A stretch of 63,155 bases of DNA, counting the filler, from Reticulomyxa filosa (Eukaryota; Protista; Foraminifera), in assembly GCA_000512085.1 (NCBI GenBank). It is 17 parts of 17 records of this genome, joined end to end, with 100 filler letters (N's around TTAATTAATTAA, not from the genome) between each part and the next. Parts side by side here need not be neighbours in the genome. Positions count along the whole stretch, not along the records: positions 32,738 to 38,019 come from ASPP01014584.1; positions 38,120 to 42,710 come from ASPP01035538.1; positions 42,811 to 46,380 come from ASPP01011580.1; positions 46,481 to 51,341 come from ASPP01007737.1; 13 more parts are not named here. One strand, given 5' to 3'. Below the pieces are notes generated by a model. It saw only the letters and a list, made by a program, of their open reading frames with translations. It searched no databases and was not told the origin of the DNA. This document shows positions 36,371-47,872 of the stretch, in pieces. Position 1 is the stretch's first letter, and each line of letters starts with the position of its first letter. The position numbers and the translations under genes were made by a program.

Positions 36371-38259
36371 CTTTTTTTAAGTAAAAAATTCTTTGGTGAT
36401 TCTTTTGGTCACACTGATCAATATTTCAAAATTTCACGTGAATGCACATAAATCAAACATGTATTGACAAGATGAAGTTTTTTAACTTTTTGTTTCTTTT
36501 TTAGGTCTTCACCTCACATATACTTTTTTTAAAAAATTACCATTGTATCTTTCGTAGTTTTTAAAAAATTCGACAAATAAAATCCAACCCATTGAGTTTT
36601 TTTTTGTGAAATTAAATCTTAGCTTTGAAATAAAGTTTTTTTAACTTTTTATTCTTGTCTTGAGTTTTGTGACAGTATTGATAATGCTGAAACCAAATGT
36701 CATTTTATAATCTAAACAATAAGATACACTGTATCTTTTGTTATTTTTTAAATTTTATAATCGATTCATTACTTATTTTACATACCTAACGCCTTTTAAA
36801 CCAAATATAATATTTGTGCCTGTTTACAAATTCGAAACTACTATTAATAAGCTATATTCTAAGTTAAGATGTTTTCAATAAAATAATTTCAAATAGCAAA
36901 TTTTGAAGTTACAACTAAAAGTAATACAAAACAACAACCAAATAAATAAAAAAATTTATATTAAAAAATTACAATATTCATATACGTTTTAAAGGAATTA
37001 TGATTAAACGTTATTTTTATGAAGAAAATATATTTTATTCATATTTATGTTATTTAGGTATGAAAGTCTTTTTTGCAATATAATGTATTTTCTGTTGCAA
37101 CTATTCGTTAATTGAGTTTCCGAAAAAACGAACTAAAGTCTTTAATTCTTTAATGTGTTTTTGGTTTTTTTTGTTTGTGTCACTACGATTATTCTTGCTG
37201 TTGTCTTACATTCTCCACTACATTTCAAAGAATCTGTTAAAACATAATTTAACACCTTTTTTTTTTGTTTATACAATATATTCATTTGTATATGGTAATG
37301 TTTGAGTCATAACTCGTATTTTGAAAGTTAGCTGAAATTTTTCTAAATAATGCATCATAATATTTCGTCATTTCGCTGTGAACAGCACTACGAATGGATG
37401 AGAACCGCTTGTTATTACTTTTTTTTTGTAAGCAAAAAAACTAATAAAAACAGCTTCAACTTGTTTTATTTATTTCCTTCGTGTTATGAGTATCCTTCTT
37501 GAAAACGGTTCTGTGTAGATTTTTTTTGGACAGTTGAAAAAAAAAAATCTTTACGTTCTTTTTTTAACAGTCGCAGATAGAACAAAAAATTACAGAGTAA
37601 ACTTGCCGATTTGACGAAAGTACTAAAAGATTACATAAAGATATCACGTACTTGTTTGCAAGCAATAAGAGATTAAACGTAACAATCAAAAAAAGGGAAA
37701 AAGCAAAAAGGGAAGGCGAAAACCGTATTTGATTTAAAGCGACAATGTGTACATTTTTTTTTTATTTCAAATATACGATAGCCTGACAGCAATCACTTGT
37801 TGAATCCGCAAAGGAATTGCAAGGACAGATTGCAGAACAAGTAAAACAAATATTCAAAGAATCGAAAGCAAAAAAGAAAACAAACTAGGTATGATCCTTG
37901 CAACGAGTTATTATCGTATCCTCGAACCGGACAAATTAAAGAGCAACAAAAGTATAATAAATGATCTCTTTTGCGAAGCTACAGTAGATTGCAAAAAAAA
38001 CTGCCATACCTAAATGGCANNNNNNNNNNNNNNNNNNNNNNNNNNNNNNNNNNNNNNNNNNNNTTAATTAATTAANNNNNNNNNNNNNNNNNNNNNNNNN
38101 NNNNNNNNNNNNNNNNNNNGGATACGAACGGCCACAAGAACATTGAAGACACTTATTTTTGTTTTTTGTAATGTTGTTTGTTGTTTACTTTTTGTACTGC
38201 AGTGTGTATTTAGTACTGTACTCATTTTTGGGTGAGGTGCTTATTCACATTGTTTTTCT

Positions 38260-38822
38260 TTATGAATTCAACAACGACATTGTATCTCCTAAAAAAAAAA
38301 AAAAAGTTCTTTGGCTTGAATTGATGCAATCACCAAGGTTGGTGATGAGGAGCATAAATTGTGTCGAAAATTTCCACATGTTAGAGAAAGTGATCTCTTC
38401 CTCTTTCTTTTTTCATCCACTTCAGGTCGCACAGTGATTTGTACTTGCATTTGAGAAGATTGTACATTAGTCCATCTCTTCTTGATATTCATATCGGTAA
38501 TGTCATCATTTTCCTGCAGTTTCCTTTTCTTTGCTCTGTTTGCGTTGCCATCAACATCCATGGCTGATTGCCGTTGTTGCAATAATGGAATCTCAATACT
38601 GGAATCACCAAATAATCCATTCAACATATCAGATTTCATTCCAGATTTCCCATTAAATAACCTGGAATCATAATCGGCAGAATTACGAGTTTGAGAATTT
38701 GCTGACTGCATCTTTATTTGAATAGTCCAACGACGAAAGCCGTACCCAAAATAAACTGCAACAATTACGTTGCCAAAGAGTAACAAAAAGTTGAAAGCCA
38801 CACTCCAATATAAAAAATTCAA
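38260..38822 (-). CDS. C-terminal part of a membrane protein (last TM plus cytoplasmic tail); upstream exons not evident
   Basis: LNFLYWSVAFNFLLLFGNVIVAVYFGYGFRRW is followed by a polar tail. The exon starts right after an AG at the edge of the repeat module. Confidence 0.5.
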
Positions 38823-38824
38823 CT

Positions 38825-38995
38825 ACTATAAAAATATTTATATCACTATAAAAAAATTAATTTTACTAGTAAAAAAATTTTTTTAGATTTCTTGAAACGA
38901 TTTCGCTTGGACTTTCGATATCTTTCGAAATCTTCCGAGATATCTAGCAAGATTATTGGAAAATCTTTTACGACGATCGATGATGACGATGATAT
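38825..38995 (-). repeat. Dispersed terminal module, left-facing copy
   Basis: The reverse complement contains CATCATCGA...AAAGATT...ATTTCGAAAGATATCGAAAG...ACTAGTAAAA...TATAGTGATATAAA, as at 12661-13020. Confidence 0.7.
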
Positions 38996-39038
38996 ATTTT
39001 ATATTTTTTTTATTTTTATTTTTTTTTTTTTTTATGAA

Positions 39039-39810
39039 ATGGTGGAAAATGAAATTAAGTTTAAAGTGGCTATATCGAAGCCATCGGAATTGGATAAAAC
39101 TAGTATTTAGTCAGTTGATATCTATCAAAGTGACATTACGAGAGATGAAGTTATTGAGGCATTGAGACACTTGTCTACGTACAAAGCTCAAGATCCTGAT
39201 AACATCCACAATCAAATGCTTAAGAATGGTGGCAATGCAATGACTGATTCATTGATATTTCTATTTGGATAAAGTTTCCGAATTGGATATATGCCAGTTA
39301 CGTGGAAAAAGGCAAACATTGTGCCTATTCCCAAGCCTGACAGATATAATAGTCAGTGCAAGAATCATCGGCCGATTGCATTGTTATCAAATGTTGGTAA
39401 ATTGATGGAAAGGGTCATCAAGGAGATTAATGTGGTAATTGACGAAATATCTATTACATTAAACACAAGCACACAGATGAGATGTTATTGAGATTAACTG
39501 AGACGATCCACAAGTCATTCTATTGCAATTCAGTCACTTATACAGTGTTATTGGACATCTCTGCAGCATATGATAGTGTTTGGAGAAATGGATTAAGATA
39601 CAAAATGAGAAATTAATTTCAACTAGATGGAAAGTTGTATTGGTGGATTGAATCAGATCGACTTGGAAAGATTGTATTGAATGGAGTTCGTTCAGAAAGG
39701 ATCTGCTTTATCCCCAATATTGTTCATATTGCATATTAATGATTTATCAACAGTTATTCATCAACCTATTCAATGTGGAATGTTTGCAGCGGATGAAATT
39801 GCCATTGCAG
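39039..39810 (+). mobile_element. Non-LTR retrotransposon reverse-transcriptase fragment, inactivated
   Basis: ITRDEVIEALRHLSTYKAQDPDNIHNQMLK...MPVTWKKANIVPIPKP...HRPIALLSNVGKLMERVI...VLLDISAAYDSVWRNGL...GSALSPILFILHINDL...MFAAD. It has stops, frameshifts, a deleted GVPQ motif and a broken (Y/F)ADD. Confidence 0.92.
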
Positions 39811-39894
39811 CATTCCAATTTGAAGGAGTGATCAGTAAATAGCAAAAAGCAGTGCAAGTTGAAGATGAAGCGATACAAAAAAAGTAGAACTATA

Positions 39895-40140
39895 AAAAAA
39901 AATTTATTTAAATCCTTTATCATCGATATAAGCTTTTACAAAAAAGTTATGTTTTGAAGGGAAAAGTCCAGAACAATTAGACTGTAACATTTAGCGTCTG
40001 AAAGGATATTGAATTAACAATTATTCGTCAACAAGATTGCGAAAACAGCAACAAAGATAAGCCTAACAAAAAGAAAATATTTAAAAAAATATTTGTCAAC
40101 TGGTAAAATTTTTTTATCTATAAAAAATGATATAAAACAA
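39895..40140 (+). repeat. Dispersed terminal module, right-facing copy
   Basis: AAAAAAGTTATGTTTTGAAGGGAAAAGTCCAGAACAATTAGACTGTAACATTTAGCGTCTGAAAG resembles 13271-13345. It is followed by ACTGGTAAAA...TGATATAAAA. Confidence 0.6.
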
Positions 40141-40999
40141 ATATTACAACAAAAATTGAGCCACTTTACTATTGATAAGTCACATATCAATTCAACATTC
40201 ACACGCAATTGATTATTGATTAATCTCAACCTTCAACCTTTGACGTTCAGTTCGCATTTTTGATATTTTCTTGTGTTGATTGTGTTAGCTTGATAAATTT
40301 TGTAGATCTTTTCCTGTGCTCTTTTAATTTGGATAAGATCTAATTTTCGCCAAAAAAAAAGTACCTGTCAAAAGTTTAACACAGTACTTCATAAGGACAA
40401 AAACAAAATCAAGACAGTCGCTTATACTCATAATATCAATTAAAGTCAAATAAAAAATCTTCCAAATAACAAATTTGTTACTTCCTTTTAATTTTCCAAT
40501 TACTCTCTTCAAGTGTTTCAAATAACTTTTCAAATTAATTTGTAAATATAATTCCATAATTTTTTTAAGGAAATTACTAAATAAATTTTTTCTAAAATAT
40601 TAAGCAATAATATTACAAAATTAGCTTCAAATCTTGACTTTTCCTACCTAAATACCTTCAAAAAACAACATTTGCAGCAAGTTGAAAATAATGTATATTT
40701 TTTCCGATTCTACATTTCTGCTTTTGTAATTTCGAAGCAAGCAAGAACAAGTGAAATTATATCACAAGTGCATTCGATAGTAAAAGTTCCCGAATACAAT
40801 CTGGAAATTGTATATTAATTTTAAGCAATCATGATATAAATGTTTTTTCTTTGAAATTCAGTAAATATGACTTTCATATATTAAAAAATAACAAGCACAT
40901 AAAAATATTAATTATAAATTCTATATTGAAACATAAAAAATAGTTATTCTGTTCGTCAGTATACACTTAACTCAAAGTCTGTTTAATTCTAAATAAGTT

Positions 41000-42300
41000 T
41001 TATCACTTTTCATTATGTTTGTACAATCATTTAGCAATAACTTCATCTAAATCTCCAATTATAAATTACTTTCAATAAATATTGATCACTCACTTTGACT
41101 GTATATATGTATATTAACTTTGATAGCATTTGCGATATAATTTTGAACAATGTCGTTTTCAATACTGAAATCAAACATAATATGTTGTTGTCAAACTTTT
41201 TTTGCATCTAGTTGCAATCGAAAGATTTACTCTACTTGATATTTTTATTAAATTGTCTTTTATCTATTTGATTATTTCAATTTCAAATTGTTTTTTGTCG
41301 TTCATTCAGTTGTTTGAGATTGAGTTTTTCAAACAACGGCATGCGGTAATCCAATACCTCCAATGTGTTCTATTATATCTTGTTCACAAAAAATTTTATA
41401 TTTTTAATCAATATTTCTAGCTACGTTTCCTACAATGCGCAGTTGTTCTATTTGAATCAATTGCTACTTATATCGATAAACTCAAGTTGCTTAAATAAAT
41501 CAACTATTCATAAATGACACGCTTTGCTTCTATTCGACTCGAAATTGTTTTTCTTATATTTTTATTGTTTAATGTCACATAATTCTTACTTTCTTCCAAC
41601 GCGCTACAAAGCGTTAACAGCCCTTTTTTAATATATTCATTATCATTTTTTTAATAAAAAAACACACAAATAAATAAATACACTCTATATTCCATAACTT
41701 AACCTAGTTATTCAAAAAACAATTAATAATGCTAACACATTACAATCGCAAAAGATAAAATGATTGCACCAACATTAATAATGAGATCATGTCCAAATGC
41801 CAACCAATTATTTTAAACTCGTTTAACACACTTGATATTCGATTTCTTCGCTAAGTTGACTTGATATATATCAAGTGATTCCAAGTGCTCATTAGTTTCA
41901 AATACAATTATCATGATCGCCGACTGCATGTTTTCCGCATTCATATCTCTATCACTAATCCACAGCAGGAGCTTGCAAATGCCAACCCATGTGATATTGC
42001 CTTTTGTCAATATATTTTTTAGTTCGTCTGTTGTTCTTTTTTTTATCTTAAGTCGTCTAAAAAAAATAAAAACGAATAAATGCATACAATAACTCAAATT
42101 GCACTATACCAAATCAAACGTACCAGTTAGCTCTCTTTGTTCAAAACATCAACTACTTACTGAAATGGCGTAATTCCAGCGATTTGATTGATATTTTTAT
42201 CGTCGCAAGACTGACATATCGCTCAATCACAAACTGTCGTTACACACCTTCTTTAATTTTTTTGCGGTAATTGACCGATATTCAATTTCGTCTCAAATTA
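41000..42300 (-). pseudogene. Probable decayed RNI-like leucine-rich-repeat gene
   Basis: Stop-interrupted fragments NITWVGICKLL, FETNEHLESLDI, KGLLTLCSALEE and IANAIKVN resemble RNI-type LRR helices. Confidence 0.35.
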
Positions 42301-42846
42301 TGAGTTCCATTTAGAATTGTCCCCGTTTCAAGAGCACGCTTCTTACAACTTTCTTCTACTTATAAAGTATGCTTAACCTTACTGAAGCTGTACCAACAAA
42401 AATTTTTCATTAGTTCGAATTATCCATTTGATTTGTGCAATTTTGTTTATGTTGTTTATAGACAGCAATCAGTTCTATTTGAATGTACTAGATCATGTAA
42501 AATATATCTTCCTTTCTATCAGACCAAAACATCAAATTTGTTAGCACATAAGCAAATTTTGAATCCCTGTGCTGTTTACACAAAGGGTGTTTGAGATAAG
42601 TCCAGCTTAAGTACTTTAGTACATTAGGTTGCAAAGAAAACTGAACGCCTAAAACGATATCATATGATGATAATTGATTTTCTCCATGAAAAATCAACAT
42701 TTATGCATAANNNNNNNNNNNNNNNNNNNNNNNNNNNNNNNNNNNNNNNNNNNNTTAATTAATTAANNNNNNNNNNNNNNNNNNNNNNNNNNNNNNNNNN
42801 NNNNNNNNNNATCCGACTCAGCGAAAACGCCAGAACAATTACAAAA

Positions 42847-44094
42847 ATGACAACCCCGACAAAAGAAAAGAAAAAGAAAGAGGAAAAAGAAAAGGAGAAA
42901 GTGAAAGCTCGGATGAAAAAGTCTTGTTGGAAATATTACGAATTGCGATTTTGGTTTTTGACAGGAGTGAGTTTGTTGGGGGAATTTGTACTGTTCATTG
43001 GCTTATTTAATACGTGTGATATTGTGTATCAACATACAATGAACTTTTTATCGTTGCAAATGAAAAGTGGTTTGTGGTTTGTTTTGGCGATAATGTTGAT
43101 GTGCAACAAATATGTGAATACCTTTTGGTCTATTGCTTGTGTGTTTCCGCCTTGGCATCAATCCCGTCGATGTGAACATCACGAGTCTTGTCGCAAACAT
43201 TTGGAAATGTCTTTTTTAAGTGTGTTATCTTTGCTCGCAATGAATATGGTGGCCGTCATTATTCAAAACAATCTGCAAACAGCCATGCCTGCAACACACA
43301 CGCTGCACAATATTTCCAAACCTTTGTTTCTCTGTTCCAGTGGCTTGTTGATCTACATTTCGACAGGCTCATTTATCGGCAATAGCTTCATTTGGTTGGA
43401 TGAGTCACACTCCAAAAAATCGGAAGGACTGAACAGTTATAACGATGAATATCTGCCGTTCAGCTCGCTATTTGCCATTGAAACTTCACAGACAACGTAC
43501 AGTTGGAAATCTCAATTGGTGTACTTTGTTCGCGCATTGCTTGCGTTCTTTGCGCAAGTAGAGCACCAATTTGGAGCGTGGGAAATCTTTGATAATTACA
43601 TCACTGCGCCAACTGTTTCTCGTGATCTCATTTACGTCGTGATTGGGCTGTTTGGACTGCACTGGAGCAAGGCTCTTCTCATGAATGCCTGCATTACTCC
43701 CTTCCACGTTCCGGTTCAACCCGATGGCATAGGCGCCATCTACAGCATGTCGGAACAGAATATTCTGTCCATGCATACGCCGCGTCAAGAGAAAGAGATC
43801 AGCACCTTCAATACTGAAATGGATCATCCTTCTTCTTCTCTTCCTCGTCGTCGTCATGTCACTACTGTCGCCAGAGATTACAATGCAGAGGATGATGAAG
43901 GGCAGGAAGAAGAGGAAGAAGAAAAACCTGTGGATAAGGATGAAAACGAAAGAGAAGAGGAAGAAGAAGAAGAAAATAATGAACTCAATGACTACGATGA
44001 ACAAAGACTAGATGATGATAACGAGAAACAAAAACAAGAATCAAAAGGAACAAAAGAAGGAGAAACTATACGACAAGGATGGTTTGAACAATAA
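42847..44094 (+). CDS. Intronless multi-pass membrane protein with acidic tail, possibly Fuseless-like
   Basis: A 415-aa ORF with about 6-8 hydrophobic segments, including HQFGAWEIFDNYI...RDLIYVVIGL...MNACITPFHV, and an E/D-rich C-terminus. Confidence 0.6.
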   Translation: MTTPTKEKKKKEEKEKEKVKARMKKSCWKYYELRFWFLTGVSLLGEFVLFIGLFNTCDIVYQHTMNFLSLQMKSGLWFVLAIMLMCNKYVNTFWSIACVFPPWHQSRRCEHHESCRKHLEMSFLSVLSLLAMNMVAVIIQNNLQTAMPATHTLHNISKPLFLCSSGLLIYISTGSFIGNSFIWLDESHSKKSEGLNSYNDEYLPFSSLFAIETSQTTYSWKSQLVYFVRALLAFFAQVEHQFGAWEIFDNYITAPTVSRDLIYVVIGLFGLHWSKALLMNACITPFHVPVQPDGIGAIYSMSEQNILSMHTPRQEKEISTFNTEMDHPSSSLPRRRHVTTVARDYNAEDDEGQEEEEEEKPVDKDENEREEEEEEENNELNDYDEQRLDDDNEKQKQESKGTKEGETIRQGWFEQ

Positions 44095-44682
44095 TAATAA
44101 AGGACAGTAGATATTCACAAGTCCAACATAAAAAAAGTCCACTCCTTTCTTCTGTTCTATCCCTCTCCCTCACTCCCGTCGCCAGAATGATGATGAGAAA
44201 AAACACTATGGCCAGGACGCTACATCGAGCATGTACCTGGAGTCTATAAACAACAAAATGAACACTTTTTTTTGAGATTGCTCGAGTTTTTTGTTTGGTG
44301 TTGTTTTGTTGGTTTGCAGACGAAGTGTTGATGAGATCTTACATTGCAAAAACAAAGATCTCCAATCCTCAATTCCTCCTTTTTTATATATATTAAGCTT
44401 TTTGCTAAAAGTTTCTGTTCAAAAAATTGAATCGGTTTTATTCTTGACAATACTTGACAATATACTATTTTCTGATATAAAAAAAAAGCAAAATCAAATG
44501 GTTTGTGCAATAGAAACCATTTCTCTTCACATGTTAACAAACTCAATTTTGAAATACGACAATGATAACACTGCACCAAAGAAGAGAAAAGAGAGGGAAA
44601 AAAAATTAATCAAAATAATTTCACTCTAGTTTGTGTCTCTCCTGCACTTTCGTCATTGTTATAGTCATCGTATTTTTTTTTA

Positions 44683-46019
44683 TTACTTTAATTTGAACAA
44701 CAAATAGGGATAGACTTGAGTCTCAGATCTAGCCACGAATAAAGTGGGATCCTCTTCATTGTCGACAAATGTTTCATATTCGGTCCCTGTCTGCGGTTTG
44801 AATTGCGGATACGTGGTATTTGCGCTAACGCAGCTTTGTCCACAGAGTACAAAAGCACAAATCAAATATTGAAAATAAGTTTGAACAGGTTTGACTTGTT
44901 TCTGTCCCAAAGCTCGATCAGGTTTCATATAAAAATATAAACCGTTACCATAATCACCTTTTGTTCCTCGATGAATCGAAAATCCCTTTTTTTTTTGTGT
45001 TGCGTTTATTACAACACTAAGACATTGAATCAAACCAGCATTTTGTTTTTGCTTTTTCTTTTTTAAAAATAAAGTAAAGGATTAAAAACTTGAGAACAGA
45101 TGGTTTTCCATTCTTCTCCATTTATTGCGAACCACAACAAGTTTTCATGGAAATCTTTTTTTTCTAACACCACCGAAGATTATGACAATAAAACACCGAG
45201 TTTTGTGTTTGCATTTTTTTTTTTTTTGGGAGGGAAAGGAAAGGAGAAAAGATAAATGTGTTATCACGCAACGTAGCCGATTGTAAGACCACAGTTCCTT
45301 GTTCAAAGTGTATTTAGCCCACAGGCGCAAATTTTGCACTTGTAAAATCGATTCAATAGCACGATCATTGACACAATTTGAGATTTCTTTCTCCTTATTG
45401 AAAATCGCTTTACTGGTAGTAGGAACCACGTCATAATAAGAAACACCATGAATGCATTTTGGGGAACCGCCTTTCAGCCACCAATTTGGCAAAGGTGGGG
45501 GCATGGCTGTATCTAGATTTCATTTTCATTTGTGCAAATTGTAAGTGCTAAAAAAAAGTTAGTCAAAGGTGTATAATAAATAGCCCTCTCTCTTTTTTTT
45601 TTTTTTTTTTTTCCTCCTTCCATGACAAAACTTCTCGTTATTACGGATATAGTGCCAGTAGTACCATTTCGGAGGCTTTTTTCGATACCGCTCGTAAGCG
45701 AAGTTTTTGTGATTTCCAGCGTGTCATTTGGAGTTTGGACAGAAATTTTTTCGTTGACATTCAAAGACTCAATGAGTGCAGAAGCCGAGCGCTCATATGC
45801 TTGCGAAATCGGAGTGGTGGAGTTTGCGTGCGATGCAGCGGGACGACACCAAGTCTTGAATACAGCGTTTTTCGATTCCTTTTGGTAGATTTCGTTCCAT
45901 TTGCTTGCTATGTCTGCTTCGTCTGTTGCTCCATTCCTTTAATTTCGCGTCCCCCACACATACATACACACTCAATTTATATAAGATCAACCAATCAATC
46001 AATCAATCAATCAACCAAT

Positions 46020-46056
<37 letters not shown>

Positions 46057-46339
46057 CAAAGCATGGCAAAAATGCACAAAACTGTTCAACAGATTTGCTG
46101 TCCTTTTGATCGATGTCATTTGTATTTGTGTTCATTGCGCTCTTGTCTGCACTCTCTGTTATTTGTGTTTCCGTTGAGTGTTATGTTGTGCACTTGTCAC
46201 ACACACACACACATAATACACAATACATAATAACTTGTAATCTGTTGTTGAGAGATAACTTTGATCGAATTATTTGTGCGCTCATCTATATTAGAATGGA
46301 TAGGTTCATCATTAAGAGTTGTAATCACCGACGATGATG

Positions 46340-46380
<41 letters not shown>
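44683..46380 (-). CDS. WWE-like plus PARP-fold protein (PARP11/12/13-like), predicted catalytically impaired; 5'-partial
   Basis: IESILQVQNLRLWAKY...HENLLWFAINGEEWKTICSQ|GFSIHRGTKGDYGNGLYF...AFVLCG...YETFVDNEEDPTLFVARSETQVYPYLLFKLK*. An upstream exon reads QAYERSASALIESL...LEIT...EKSLRNGTTGTI. Confidence 0.8.
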
Positions 46381-46633
46381 NNNNNNNNNNNNNNNNNNNN
46401 NNNNNNNNNNNNNNNNNNNNNNNNTTAATTAATTAANNNNNNNNNNNNNNNNNNNNNNNNNNNNNNNNNNNNNNNNNNNNTTTTTTTTTTTTTTTTTTTC
46501 CTCCAAAAAAAAAAAAAAAAACATAAAGTTGATGAGATGACCATTGATCATCATTTAGAATTTTTGTAGACACATTTGCTTTGCAAGTGCGTGTAATAAG
46601 GGTTGTGTTTGATGGTTATGTTATATGAACAAG

Positions 46634-47872
46634 GCATATACAAATACAACTTGGAATTGTATGACGCCATAATGGAATGTTTTGACAACTTGCCAATCGC
46701 GGCAACCGTGAACGAAAAGTTTTTATGCTGCCACGGAGGTCTTTCTCCTGACATCAGCACCGTTACGTATTGGAGTTTGTTATACACTCCATGACAAAAC
46801 TTTTTTTTTTAACAACAAATTTTCTAACTTTTTTTTTTTTTTTTTTTTTTTTGTTTCCAATTGCAAAAAAATACGTATACTGCAGGTGGACCCTCCCCTT
46901 TCATCTTTATTTATGTTATGTTTTGTTTTACTTATTATTTTTCTCAAAACAGCTTCGGGATATTGAAGAAATAGATCGGTTTCAAGAAGTGCCGAGAGAA
47001 GGGCCGTTTTGTGACTTGTTATGGGCCGACCCCGTGGATGAAGACAAGGAAAAGGACGACGAAGAACGGCAGAACGAAGAGGATGGGATGGACAATGAGC
47101 TGACCACTTGGTTCGCATACAATGAAACACGGCAATGCTCGTATGTGTTTGGCGTGGACGCAGTGGTGACGTTTTTGAAAAAAAACAATTTGACGGCAAT
47201 CATACGCGCACACGAGGCACAGTTTGATGGATATAAAATGCAATTCATCAATGAACAGACGAGCATCCCACGAGTGATAACGATATTTTCAGCTCCCAAC
47301 TATTGTGACGTGTACAAAAATAAAGGAGCTTGTCTAAAGTTTGATGACGAGCTGTTGAACATCCGACAGTTTGTGAATTCTCCTCATCCTTACTACCTGC
47401 CTAACTTTATGGATGTTTCACATGGTCCTTACCGTTCGTTGCCGAAAAGGTTACGGACATGCTGTACAGCATCTTATCCTTTGGGGTGGATGAAGACGTT
47501 GACACTGACGCGGCTGTGAAAGCTCAGGGGCCCTCGGAAGTGCTTCGAAAAAAAGGTGGTGTGTTGAAAGACAAAGTGGTGGCTGTCACTAAGCTAATGC
47601 GAATGGTTAGGCTACTCAAAGAAAATCAAAACAACATTGTGAAACTCAAACAACTGTCGCCCAATCGCCAACTGCCTTCCGGAATATTGCAAGGAGGGCA
47701 AGCCGCTATTGAAAAAGCCTTGTCGAGTTTCAATGACGCAAAACGAGCCGACAAACCCAATGACGCTATGCCCTCGCAAGAAAAGGACGCCAAGTCACCT
47801 CGAAAATCGGGGCAGATCTTTTACAGGGCAGAAAAAGAAAAGGATACTACAACACCCGCTGAAAACAAGTGA
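46634..47872 (+). CDS. CNA1: Calcineurin A (PP2B catalytic subunit); 5'-partial
   Basis: FLCCHGGLSP, CDLLWADP, IIRAHEAQ, ITIFSAPNYCDVYKNKGA, and [32 protein letters not shown] (one T short near 47415-47417). Calmodulin-binding LKDKVVAVTKLMRMVRLLKE and autoinhibitory SFNDAKRADKPNDAMP follow. Confidence 0.95.

Noticed and set aside
39039-39810. Stop-codon reassignment explaining in-frame stops
   Set aside because: Stops co-occur with frameshifts and lost catalytic motifs only in decayed elements, while conserved genes end normally at TAA or TGA.
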